Source: a virus (lineage: Duplodnaviria > Caudoviricetes). From it: 30,111 nucleotides of DNA. The stretch is taken from the IMG/VR virus record IMGVR_UViG_3300026270_000019, positions 1 through 30,111 of that record. The stretch is one strand, 5' to 3'. A program made the position numbers and the translations under genes. Positions 16,777 to 25,484 of this stretch are shown piece after piece. The stretch's first letter is position 1, and each line of letters opens with the position of its first letter. The notes beneath the pieces are model-generated. The model was not told where the DNA came from. It saw only the letters and a program-made list of their open reading frames with translations, and searched no databases.

Positions 16777-18168
16777 ATGGCTAACAAAATTGCTAGGACT
16801 GGTCGAGTCCAGTCATGGATTGATAATCCAACATCACGTCTACCCGTATCATGCACTGTCTTCGTAGTTGAAGACTCAATGGAGGGACCAAATGGAATCG
16901 AAAGCAGCTGGAAATTTGTATCACACGCTCTCAGATATGGAGCGGGTGTCGCAGTCCACTTGTCAAAACTACGACCAGCAGGAACGAAAACTAATAAAGG
17001 AACTGACACGCTTGTTGCAAGCGGTCCAGTGTCCTTCGCAAAAATTTACTCAACATTAAATGAAATACTTAGAAGAGGTGGTACGTACAGAAACGGCGCG
17101 TGTGTTATTCACCTTGACATTACTTCCCCCGATATTCTTGACTTCGTGCAGTGTTCCAGAGAAGAACTCCCATGGGTTAAACGATGTGTTGACCTTACCG
17201 AAAAACAATGGGCTAATACAGAAGATAGAACAAAGAAATCTATACTTGAAGGAATTGCAAAAGGAGACATTTGGCTCAACAAAATAAAATATGATGACAA
17301 TGGAAACAGAATCTACAGCAACGTCTGTCTTGAGGTTTACTTGCCCTCACGCGGAACGTGCTTGTTACAGCACCTTAATATGTCAGCCTGTCGTATCGGC
17401 GACATACGACAAGGTATGCGTGAAGGTATGTCAGATTTGTGCCAGCTCCATAGTCGGACAGGGGTTGACAAGTCTGGAGAATATCTTGCGCCAGATCTCG
17501 ACAGGCAAGTTGGATTCGGACTCTTAGGTCTAGCCAACTTCTTAGCAAACAACAACATCACATATGCCGAGTTTGGTAAGGCACTTAGAGCAACAAATAA
17601 TGCTCAACCTTACGAAGGTAACGCAGGGTTAGCTGCGCGTGAACTTTACCTCGGCATACAAGAAGCAGCTAACATCGCAAGGGAGAACAACATGGTTAGA
17701 GCATTTGCTATAGCTCCAACGGCTAGTTGTTCTTATAGAAGTAGAGATCTCAATGGCTATACAGCAACTCCTGAGATCGCACCTCCTATAGCTCGAACAG
17801 TTGACAGGGATTCAGGTGAATTTGGGGTAGAACAAGTACAATATGGCAACGTAGAAATCGCATCCGAAGTGGGATGGGAGACTTATAAAGAAGTAGCAGA
17901 TCAGATAATGATTATGCTTGATAGAACTGGATTGCTTCATGGCTATAGCTTCAACAGTTGGAGCGACATGGTGACTTACGATGAAGCTTTTATCGAAGAG
18001 TGGCTTAAAAGCCCACAGACTTCGCTCTACTACTCATTACAAGTGATGGGCGATACTCAAGATAAGTCTGATGCTTATGCAGCATTAGATCAATCCGAAG
18101 TTGATAATTACTTGGCAGAGTTAATGAGCAACAAACCTGATGAAATAGCTTGTGACTGTCAACAATGA
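16777..18168 (+). CDS. nrdA: Minimal ribonucleotide reductase catalytic (alpha) subunit
   Basis: PVSC, NVCLE, TCLL, IAPTASCS, SLYY dyad, C-terminal CDC; no ATP cone. Confidence 0.9.
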   Translation: MANKIARTGRVQSWIDNPTSRLPVSCTVFVVEDSMEGPNGIESSWKFVSHALRYGAGVAVHLSKLRPAGTKTNKGTDTLVASGPVSFAKIYSTLNEILRRGGTYRNGACVIHLDITSPDILDFVQCSREELPWVKRCVDLTEKQWANTEDRTKKSILEGIAKGDIWLNKIKYDDNGNRIYSNVCLEVYLPSRGTCLLQHLNMSACRIGDIRQGMREGMSDLCQLHSRTGVDKSGEYLAPDLDRQVGFGLLGLANFLANNNITYAEFGKALRATNNAQPYEGNAGLAARELYLGIQEAANIARENNMVRAFAIAPTASCSYRSRDLNGYTATPEIAPPIARTVDRDSGEFGVEQVQYGNVEIASEVGWETYKEVADQIMIMLDRTGLLHGYSFNSWSDMVTYDEAFIEEWLKSPQTSLYYSLQVMGDTQDKSDAYAALDQSEVDNYLAELMSNKPDEIACDCQQ

Positions 18169-18878
18169 ACCCCTACGAAAAATTATTAAACAGAAAACGA
18201 AAATGGACTCCGGTCCAGACCACCAAAGGAAAACTTAAATATGGCGCAGAAGAAACGGTGTACCGTGCTCTCGCTGTACGCAACATGGAATGTCCGGTTG
18301 GCGCGTTTGTATCTGATTCACTCTCTGAGATTCCTGAGAAAAGTAGAAAACTTTTGGAATCAAACATAAAAGATGAAGACAACCATGATTTAGCTCTTGG
18401 ATATATTGCTAACGCTATAGGCGTAGACGACAAAGCCGAAGCAGAAGCATTACGCCTTAAAGAAGCATGGATTGCCCACCCAGATCACACCATTCTTAAA
18501 GCATTGGTAATTGAACGAGCGATATTTTTCGTTCTTTTACCCTTCTTTAGATTTAATGGTGATGCTGGATTAAGAACAGTTAGCGCAGATATCTCTAGAG
18601 ATGAACAAATACATGTAGCTACAAATAGTCTTGTTTGTGCAGAGCTTGGCTTAAAACCTAGTCAAAGCTTAGACAAATTAAGAAAAGCTACGATCAATTG
18701 GATCATGCAACCTCTTAAGAACGATCATCCCGATAGATATTTGAGCAAAAAATTTTGGCTCGATGCGAGTGATCGACTTATGTACGAAGGTAAAGCTCCA
18801 GAATTTAATGCCACCAAAGCTGCACGTATGCCAGCTTTCTTTGAACATGCAAACACAAATCTCCCTCAATACTCTTAA
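18165..18878 (+). CDS. nrdB: Ferritin-like RNR small (beta) subunit
   Basis: E...EDNH...E...DEQIH dimetal ligand pattern; ATGA-coupled to alpha; C-terminal Tyr. Confidence 0.8.
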   Translation: MNPYEKLLNRKRKWTPVQTTKGKLKYGAEETVYRALAVRNMECPVGAFVSDSLSEIPEKSRKLLESNIKDEDNHDLALGYIANAIGVDDKAEAEALRLKEAWIAHPDHTILKALVIERAIFFVLLPFFRFNGDAGLRTVSADISRDEQIHVATNSLVCAELGLKPSQSLDKLRKATINWIMQPLKNDHPDRYLSKKFWLDASDRLMYEGKAPEFNATKAARMPAFFEHANTNLPQYS

Positions 18879-19038
18879 GCTTCACAACGAAAGATTAGAT
18901 GAGCTTTTAAAAAGACTTGAGGAAAACTTTGGATGGAAACCTATTCATCCTAAAGAAGACGTACAGACAATTATGTACAGAGCTGGTCAAGCCAGCGTTA
19001 TTGAATATATAAAATCCATTATGGATGAGGAAATTTAA
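18847..19038 (+). CDS. Small T7-like phage protein (MYRAGQASV)
   Basis: Internal ATG of ORF 18763; TAATG coupling to the next gene. Confidence 0.7.
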   Translation: MQTQISLNTLKLHNERLDELLKRLEENFGWKPIHPKEDVQTIMYRAGQASVIEYIKSIMDEEI

Positions 19039-19289
19039 TGTGCTTATTTAGACAATCATCTCCACCACCTCCACCACCACTAGCTCCATCTCCACCACCA
19101 CCTCCTGCACCTCCTGCACCTACTAAACCACCAACACCTATAGGTACTGAGATGGATCCACAGGTACGGAGACAAAAGAGTAAAAAAGATAAGAACCCTT
19201 ATTCAAAAGGAACTAGATCTTTAAGAATTAATTTAGATCAAAACGTTAATACTGGATCTGATACTCCATCAGGAGGAATTAATCAGTGA
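19038..19289 (+). CDS. Proline-rich small virion protein (gp6.7/7.3-like position)
   Basis: MC start, poly-Pro tract, GTRSLRI motif; immediately upstream of the portal gene. Confidence 0.75.
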   Translation: MCLFRQSSPPPPPPLAPSPPPPPAPPAPTKPPTPIGTEMDPQVRRQKSKKDKNPYSKGTRSLRINLDQNVNTGSDTPSGGINQ

Positions 19290-20872
19290 AATCAGCACGT
19301 GAAAGATATGAGAAACTTAGCAGCGACAGGCATCAATTTTTAGATACTGCTGTTAATTGCTCAGAACTCACGTTACCTTATTTAATTGATGATGATCTAT
19401 CTACAAGACAAACTCATAAAAAATTAACCACACCGTGGCAATCGGTGGGTGCAAAGTGTGTAGTCAGTTTAGCTTCAAAGCTAATGCTTGCCTTGCTTCC
19501 ACCGCAAACCACCTTCTTCAAACTACAAGTTAGAGATGACAAAATAGGAGAAGAATTACCACCAGAAATTAGAAGTGAACTAGACCTTTCATTTTCCAAA
19601 ATGGAAAGAATGATAATGGATATCATTGCTGCATCTAGTGATCGGGTTGTAGTGCATCAAGCACTTAAACATTTAATTGTTGGTGGTAATGCTCTCTTGT
19701 TTATGGGTAAAGATGGTTTAAAAAACTATCCTCTTAATAGATATGTTGTCAACAGAGATGGTAACGGAAATGTATTAGAAATAGTTACAAAAGAATTAAT
19801 TAATAGAAAGGTATTAGGTATTGATTTACCTGAACCTGATCCACAAACAGTAGTAGATAATAACAAAAGCTCAGGATCTAACGATGTAGAGGTGTATACC
19901 CATGTCCGATTAGATAGTCAAAGTGGACGCTGGATCTGGCATCAAGAAGTAGACAATCAAATACTTCCTAATAGTCGTAGCACAGCACCAAAGAATGCTA
20001 GTCCGTGGTTGGTCCTACGTTTTAATACGGTAGATGGCGAAGATTATGGAAGAGGTAGAGTTGAAGAATTTCTTGGCGATCTTAAATCTTTAGAAGGTTT
20101 ATCACAAGCTCTTGTTGAAGGAGCGAGTGCTGCTGCCAAAGTTATATTTCTTGTATCACCCTCTTCAACAACTAAACCAGCAACCATTGCACAAGCTGGT
20201 AATGGTGCAATTGTACAGGGAAGAGCAGAAGACGTACAGGTAGTACAAGTTGGAAAGACTGCTGATTTCTCAACAGCTGCAAACATGGCACAAGCCATAG
20301 AAAAAAGATTACTTGAAGCTTTCCTTGTTATGAACATAAGGAATGCTGAAAGAGTAACAGCTGAGGAGGTACGCCTTACTCAGTTAGAACTAGAACAACA
20401 GTTAGGTGGTCAATTTTCATTGCTCAGTGTTGAGTTCTTAGTACCTTATCTTAATAGAACTTTATTAGTTACACAGAGAAATAAAGAAATACCAAACATA
20501 CCTAAAGATTTAGTTAGACCACAAATAGTAGCCGGAGTAAATGCTCTTGGTCGTGGTCAGGATAGAGAAAGCTTGACTGCATTTATAGGAACTATTGCAC
20601 AGACATTAGGACCTGAAGCATTGATGCAATACATTAATCCAACTGAAGCTATCAAGAGATTGGCAGCTGCTCAGGGTATTGATGTTCTGAACTTAGTAAA
20701 AACTGAGCAACAGATACAAGAAGAAATGCAAGCAGCGCAAGCGCAACAAACACAACAATCGTTAGTTGACCAAGCTGGTCAGCTTGCAGGAACTCCACTT
20801 ATGGACCCTGAAAAAAATCCTTCAGTAGCTGAAACAGTAACTGGAGAACCACCTGAACAACCTATGGAATAA
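19286..20872 (+). CDS. Portal / head-tail connector (gp8)
   Basis: WQSVGAKCVVSLASKLMLALLP, GEDYGRG, ERVTAEEVR. Confidence 0.96.
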   Translation: MKSARERYEKLSSDRHQFLDTAVNCSELTLPYLIDDDLSTRQTHKKLTTPWQSVGAKCVVSLASKLMLALLPPQTTFFKLQVRDDKIGEELPPEIRSELDLSFSKMERMIMDIIAASSDRVVVHQALKHLIVGGNALLFMGKDGLKNYPLNRYVVNRDGNGNVLEIVTKELINRKVLGIDLPEPDPQTVVDNNKSSGSNDVEVYTHVRLDSQSGRWIWHQEVDNQILPNSRSTAPKNASPWLVLRFNTVDGEDYGRGRVEEFLGDLKSLEGLSQALVEGASAAAKVIFLVSPSSTTKPATIAQAGNGAIVQGRAEDVQVVQVGKTADFSTAANMAQAIEKRLLEAFLVMNIRNAERVTAEEVRLTQLELEQQLGGQFSLLSVEFLVPYLNRTLLVTQRNKEIPNIPKDLVRPQIVAGVNALGRGQDRESLTAFIGTIAQTLGPEALMQYINPTEAIKRLAAAQGIDVLNLVKTEQQIQEEMQAAQAQQTQQSLVDQAGQLAGTPLMDPEKNPSVAETVTGEPPEQPME

Positions 20873-20873
20873 C

Positions 20874-21644
20874 ATGGCTGAAACATTAACAGTGAATGAT
20901 GCACCTGAAAATACTGGTGAACTTACGGCAGATGAAAAAGAATCTTTGCAAGTAGGAGAACAGTTAGCAAAAGAACAAGGTGAACTCTTAGCTGGTAAAT
21001 ATAAAAATGCTGAAGATTTAGAAAAAGCATATATAGAATTACAAAAAAAACTCGGTGAAGAATCAACAGAAGAAATTTCTGAAGAACCTAAAGAAGAACC
21101 TAAAGAAATTAGTGCATCAGCTGCTTTAATTACTGAAGCATCTAAGGAGTTTTACGAAAATAACAATTCATTATCTCCAGAAACTATAGAAAAGTTTTCC
21201 CAACTTGATAGTAAAGAATTAATTAATGCTTATTTAGAAGCTTATAAAAACCAACCACCAACAGAACAACAAAGTGAAAGAGAACTAGCAGCAAATGAGA
21301 TAGATCAAATTCATAAGAGTGTAGGTGGTGCAGATGAATATCAAAAGTTAACAGAATGGGGATCTAAGAATTTAACTGAACAAGAAATACAAGGCTTTGA
21401 CCAAGTGGTCTCCACTGGAGATCCCACTGTCATTAAACTAGCAGTCGCTGGTTTGAAAGCTAAGTATGACAACTCCAATGGATACGAGGGTCGAATGCTC
21501 ACGGGCAAAAGCACATCTACTGCTGACGTATATAGAAGTCAAGCACAATTAGTTGCAGCCATGAGTGATCCTCGCTACGACTCGGACCCAGCTTATAGAG
21601 CTGATGTTGTAGCAAAACTTGAACGATCAGATTTAAATTTTTAA
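20874..21644 (+). CDS. Capsid assembly scaffolding protein (gp9)
   Basis: Acidic; LEKAYIELQKKLG; AMSDPRYDSDPAYRADV. Confidence 0.92.
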   Translation: MAETLTVNDAPENTGELTADEKESLQVGEQLAKEQGELLAGKYKNAEDLEKAYIELQKKLGEESTEEISEEPKEEPKEISASAALITEASKEFYENNNSLSPETIEKFSQLDSKELINAYLEAYKNQPPTEQQSERELAANEIDQIHKSVGGADEYQKLTEWGSKNLTEQEIQGFDQVVSTGDPTVIKLAVAGLKAKYDNSNGYEGRMLTGKSTSTADVYRSQAQLVAAMSDPRYDSDPAYRADVVAKLERSDLNF

Positions 21645-21646
21645 TT

Positions 21647-21703
21647 ATGCCTAAAGGTAAAGGTACATACGGAACCAAAAAAGGCAGACCGCCTAAAAAA
21701 TGA
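21647..21703 (+). CDS. 18-aa basic micropeptide [18 protein letters not shown] (AT-hook-like)
   Basis: Starts 2 nt after the scaffold stop; stop overlaps the hli ORF start (ATGA). Confidence 0.6.
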   Translation: MPKGKGTYGTKKGRPPKK

Positions 21704-21891
21704 AAACTAAAGATTTAGATACGCTACTTGAAAATGAGTATGCGTATGAACCACCCATACAATTATTACCAAAACAAAAACTTATGACACCCGAAGCAGA
21801 AAGATTTAATGGCTGGGCAGCAATGCTTGGCTTCGTAGCAGCACTTGGTGCCTACGTAACAACAGGACAAATTATCCCCGGTGTATTTTAA
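21700..21891 (+). CDS. hli: High-light inducible protein (alternative start 21784)
   Basis: [13 protein letters not shown]...TGQIIPGVF. Confidence 0.95.
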   Translation: MKTKDLDTLLENEYAYEPPIQLLPKQKLMTPEAERFNGWAAMLGFVAALGAYVTTGQIIPGVF

Positions 21892-22970
21892 TGGCTGCAA
21901 TCTCACTACAAAGAGAAAGCACATCTAATTGGCAGAGGTTTTGCGAGTGGGTTACTAGCACAGAGAACCGCCTATACGTAGGTTGGTTTGGTGTGTTAAT
22001 GATCCCTTGCTTACTTGCTGCAACTACTTGCTTTATACTCGCCTTCATCGCTGCCCCACCAGTAGACATCGACGGCATACGTGAACCAGTATCAGGTTCG
22101 TTGTTGTACGGAAACAACATTATTTCAGGAGCAGTCGTCCCCTCCTCTAACGCAATCGGACTACATTTTTATCCCATCTGGGAAGCCGGAACCTTGGACG
22201 AATGGTTATATAACGGCGGACCATATCAGCTCATTATCTTCCACTTCTTAATAGGAGTATTGGCTTATGCAGGAAGACAGTGGGAACTCTCTTACCGTTT
22301 AGGTATGAGACCTTGGATATTTGTTGCTTACACAGCACCAGTATCAGCAGCACTAGCAGTGTTTCTTGTCTACCCTTTTGGGCAGGGGAGTTTCAGTGAT
22401 GGTATGCCTTTGGGTATCTCTGGTACTTTTAACTTTATGTTCGTATTCCAAGCCGAGCATAATATCCTCATGCACCCATTCCATATGGCTGGTGTTGCTG
22501 GGGTTTTCGGTGGAGCTCTTTTCGCTGCTATGCATGGAAGTCTGGTTACTTCCTCACTTATTAAGGAAACGACAGACGAGGTATCGCAGAACTATGGCTA
22601 TAAATTTGGGCAAGATGAAGAGACATATAATATTGTCGCTGCACACGGGTACTTTGGGAGATTGATATTTCAATATGCTTCTTTCAATAATTCTCGTGCT
22701 CTACATTTCTTTCTTGGTACTTTCCCCGTGGTTGGCATATGGCTTACCTCCATGGGAATCTGCACTATGGCTTTCAACCTTAATGGTTTCAACTTTAACC
22801 AGTCAGTAGTTGATGTCAACGGAAAGGTAATCCCAACATGGGCTGATGTATTAAACAGAGCTAACCTCGGATTTGAAGTTATGCATGAGCGTAATGCTCA
22901 CAACTTTCCTCTTGACTTAGCTGCAACTGAGTCACAACATATTGCACTATCAGCACCACAAATTGGTTGA
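21891..22970 (+). CDS. psbA: Photosystem II D1 protein
   Basis: [51 protein letters not shown] plus C-terminal extension. Confidence 0.99.
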   Translation: MAAISLQRESTSNWQRFCEWVTSTENRLYVGWFGVLMIPCLLAATTCFILAFIAAPPVDIDGIREPVSGSLLYGNNIISGAVVPSSNAIGLHFYPIWEAGTLDEWLYNGGPYQLIIFHFLIGVLAYAGRQWELSYRLGMRPWIFVAYTAPVSAALAVFLVYPFGQGSFSDGMPLGISGTFNFMFVFQAEHNILMHPFHMAGVAGVFGGALFAAMHGSLVTSSLIKETTDEVSQNYGYKFGQDEETYNIVAAHGYFGRLIFQYASFNNSRALHFFLGTFPVVGIWLTSMGICTMAFNLNGFNFNQSVVDVNGKVIPTWADVLNRANLGFEVMHERNAHNFPLDLAATESQHIALSAPQIG

Positions 22971-23164
22971 AAAATTTTTGTTTATATTTAACTTTAATCA
23001 CTAACTTATTTATATGCTCTGGCGTTATCCGCCATTGGAACAGTATGAAAACACAAGATCCAGAAATTCTAAAACTACAGAAACAGGTAGATAAATTACT
23101 AGAGGAATATAGACGAGAAGAAGTTCCTAAATACAAGGAACCAGAGGGAGAACCCTCATACTAG
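22967..23164 (+). CDS. Hypothetical small protein with hydrophobic N-terminus (start uncertain)
   Basis: TTG start overlapping the psbA stop; alternative ATG at 23045. Confidence 0.5.
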   Translation: MKNFCLYLTLITNLFICSGVIRHWNSMKTQDPEILKLQKQVDKLLEEYRREEVPKYKEPEGEPSY

Positions 23165-23170
23165 CCACGT

Positions 23171-23222
23171 CCGTTCATCCCTTCGGGGACGCATGACTCC
23201 TAAGCATGGAACGGGGCTTAGG
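23171..23222 (+). promoter_or_regulatory. Downstream-peptide (glutamine-II) riboswitch
   Basis: CCGTTC/GAACGG stem, TCCC-TTCG-GGGA, CATG/CATG stem, pseudoknot CCTAAG/CTTAGG; followed by a YRG peptide. Confidence 0.82.
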
Positions 23223-23238
23223 TATATGGAGATGACAC

Positions 23239-23292
23239 ATGAAAGTTACTTTCGTATATCGTGGCGTTGCTTACACAAGAGTAGTCAAGTAG
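23239..23292 (+). CDS. DUF4278-like YRG peptide MKVTFVYRGVAYTRVVK
   Basis: GGAG SD at 23228-23231; YRGVAY motif typical of peptides after downstream-peptide RNAs. Confidence 0.78.
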   Translation: MKVTFVYRGVAYTRVVK

Positions 23293-23324
23293 ACCTTTGG
23301 GGAGGTGCGAATCCTCCCTACTCA
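23279..23324 (+). ncRNA. tRNA-like element 3 (acceptor stem + T-arm)
   Basis: GAGTAG/CTACTC stacked on GGAGG-TGCGAAT-CCTCC. Confidence 0.55.
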
Positions 23325-23466
23325 ATTTGGCTTTTTGCCCGTACGCGGATACCAATTAGCCGTCTAGACGGTGGGACAGACCACAAATCTCAATGAGTCT
23401 AAGTAAGACTCGCAACTTTTTACGTACGTAGAGGAACGAATATACCCTTAATTTTTAATAGATATA

Positions 23467-24813
23467 ATGGCTAATGCTAATCAGGTCGGTATAGGTAGAA
23501 TTAATCTATCAACCGGTTTAGGTTATGACGGAGTTGGCGATAAGTATGCAACCTACCTGAAATTATTCTCAGGTGAGATGTTTCGTGGCTTCCAACATAA
23601 CACAATCGCTCGTGACTTAGTTACGAAGCGTACATTAAAGAACGGCAAATCATTGCAGTTCATTTATACAGGTCGCATGACCAGTTCTTATCACCAACCC
23701 GGAACACCTATTTTAGGTAATGCTGACAAGGCACCTCCAGTTGCTGAAAAGTCTATTGTTATGGACGACCTACTCATCAGTTCTGCATTCGTGTATGACC
23801 TAGATGAGACTCTTGCTCACTACGAATTGAGAGGAGAAATCTCTAAGAAGATCGGTTACGCTCTTGCTGAAAGTTATGACCGTAAGATCTTTAGAGCTCT
23901 AGCTAAAGGTGCTCGTCAAGCATCTCCAATCTCTGCTACTGGTTTCGTTGAACCCGGTGGAACTCAGGTTCAAGTTAGTGCTACAAATAGCCTTGCTCAA
24001 GCTACAGACGCTGGAAACTTAGTAGATGCTTTCTATGAAGCTGCTGCTGTTCTAGATGAAAAAGGTGTTAGTTCACAAGGTAGAGTAGCTGTTCTTAACC
24101 CAAGACAGTATTACAACTTAATCAATACTGTAAGTTCTGGAGTAATTACATCTGGTCTAATTAACAGAGATGTACAAGGTACAGCTTTACAATCTGGTTC
24201 AGGTGTTGTTGAGATAGCTGGTATCAAGATTTACAAATCTATGAACATACCTTTCTTAGGTAAGTTTGGTACTTCTGCAACTCCAACAAATGCTGGAGAC
24301 TTCGTTGGACCAACTATTGGTTCTGAAGATATGTATGGTGTAACTGGTACTCAAGCTAACTATGCACAAAGTACAAATACTATTACTGTTACAAGTAATG
24401 CTCATGGACTTTCTGCTGGTTCTAAAGTAGACATCACATTCACTGGTGGATCTGCTGCTTCTTCAGGTACATACACAGTTGCAACAGCAGCAACAAACTC
24501 ATTTACAGTTACTGCTGCCGTAAGTAGAACAACATCTACTGTATCTAATGGTGCTACATGGAGACGTTCTGGCATTAACAACAACTACGGTACATCTGAA
24601 ATGTTCTCTGGAACATGCGGATTAATCTTCCAAAAAGAAGGAGCCGGTGTTGTTGAAGCAATAGGACCTCAAGTACAGACAACTAATGGAGACATCTCAG
24701 TGGTATACCAAGGGGACGTAATCTTAGGACGTCTAGCTATGGGAGCGGATTACTTAAATCCTGCTGCCTGTGTAGAATTGTATGTCGGCTCATCTGCGCC
24801 AGCTGCATTCTAA
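23467..24813 (+). CDS. Major capsid protein (gp10) with internal insertion
   Basis: LKLFSGE, GKSLQF, DDLLISS...DLDE, MGADYLNPAAC; T7 synteny. Confidence 0.95.
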   Translation: MANANQVGIGRINLSTGLGYDGVGDKYATYLKLFSGEMFRGFQHNTIARDLVTKRTLKNGKSLQFIYTGRMTSSYHQPGTPILGNADKAPPVAEKSIVMDDLLISSAFVYDLDETLAHYELRGEISKKIGYALAESYDRKIFRALAKGARQASPISATGFVEPGGTQVQVSATNSLAQATDAGNLVDAFYEAAAVLDEKGVSSQGRVAVLNPRQYYNLINTVSSGVITSGLINRDVQGTALQSGSGVVEIAGIKIYKSMNIPFLGKFGTSATPTNAGDFVGPTIGSEDMYGVTGTQANYAQSTNTITVTSNAHGLSAGSKVDITFTGGSAASSGTYTVATAATNSFTVTAAVSRTTSTVSNGATWRRSGINNNYGTSEMFSGTCGLIFQKEGAGVVEAIGPQVQTTNGDISVVYQGDVILGRLAMGADYLNPAACVELYVGSSAPAAF

Positions 24814-24829
24814 ATTTATACATTTATAC

Positions 24830-24854
24830 GGGACCTTCGGGTCCCTTTTTTTTT
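24830..24854 (+). terminator. T-phi-like terminator after the capsid gene
   Basis: GGGACC-TTCG-GGTCCC followed by T9. Confidence 0.92.
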
Positions 24855-25484
24855 ATGACAACTCCCACAACAATTGACACCGATACCGAACTATCCGCAG
24901 TGAACTCAATACTGGGAGCTATCGGTCAAAGTCCAATCACAGAATTAAATTTTACTAATCCAGAAATATCATTTATATACAACATACTGACTGAAGTTAA
25001 CAAAGATGTGCAAAACGAGGGATGGATTTTTAACACTGAAAAACATTATCCAGTAGCACCAGATTCTGTAACTAGGCGTATAACTATTGCAGCTAATATT
25101 CTTAGCTATGATTTATCAGAAGGACAAATATATAGAACACAAGATTTAGTTAGAAGAGTACAAAACAACGTTACATATTTATATGACACTGTTAACCATA
25201 CATATGAATTTGAAAACGCACTTGAATTAGATGTAATTTATCTTTTCCCATATACTGATTTACCTTCAGCTTTTAGAAGATACATAGTATCAAGAGCATC
25301 AGTAAGAGCTGCTACACAGCTAGTTAACAATCCTCAATTAGTTCAATTACTGCAACAACAAGAAGCTATGAATAGAGCTAGTTGTATGGAATATGAATGT
25401 AATCAGGGAGATCATTCATACTTTGGTTTTAGTCATAATCAAACCTATAAATCTTATCAACCTTTTAAAGCACTTCAACGCTGA
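24855..25484 (+). CDS. Tail tubular protein A (gp11)
   Basis: TELSAVNSILGAIGQSP, EGWIFN, DLPSAFRRYI. Confidence 0.93.
   Translation: MTTPTTIDTDTELSAVNSILGAIGQSPITELNFTNPEISFIYNILTEVNKDVQNEGWIFNTEKHYPVAPDSVTRRITIAANILSYDLSEGQIYRTQDLVRRVQNNVTYLYDTVNHTYEFENALELDVIYLFPYTDLPSAFRRYIVSRASVRAATQLVNNPQLVQLLQQQEAMNRASCMEYECNQGDHSYFGFSHNQTYKSYQPFKALQR

Noticed and set aside
23374-23386. Similarity of GGACAGACCACAA to the T7 gene 10 leader GGGAGACCACAA
   Set aside because: Too short, with no T7-like promoter upstream; could be chance
23193-23396. 67-aa ORF upstream of the capsid gene
   Set aside because: Starts inside the riboswitch and is out of frame with the SD-supported YRG peptide
24790-24854. 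T7 10B-type -1 frameshift extension of the capsid
   Set aside because: No evident slippery site or extended frame; the terminator and gp11 follow within about 40 nt
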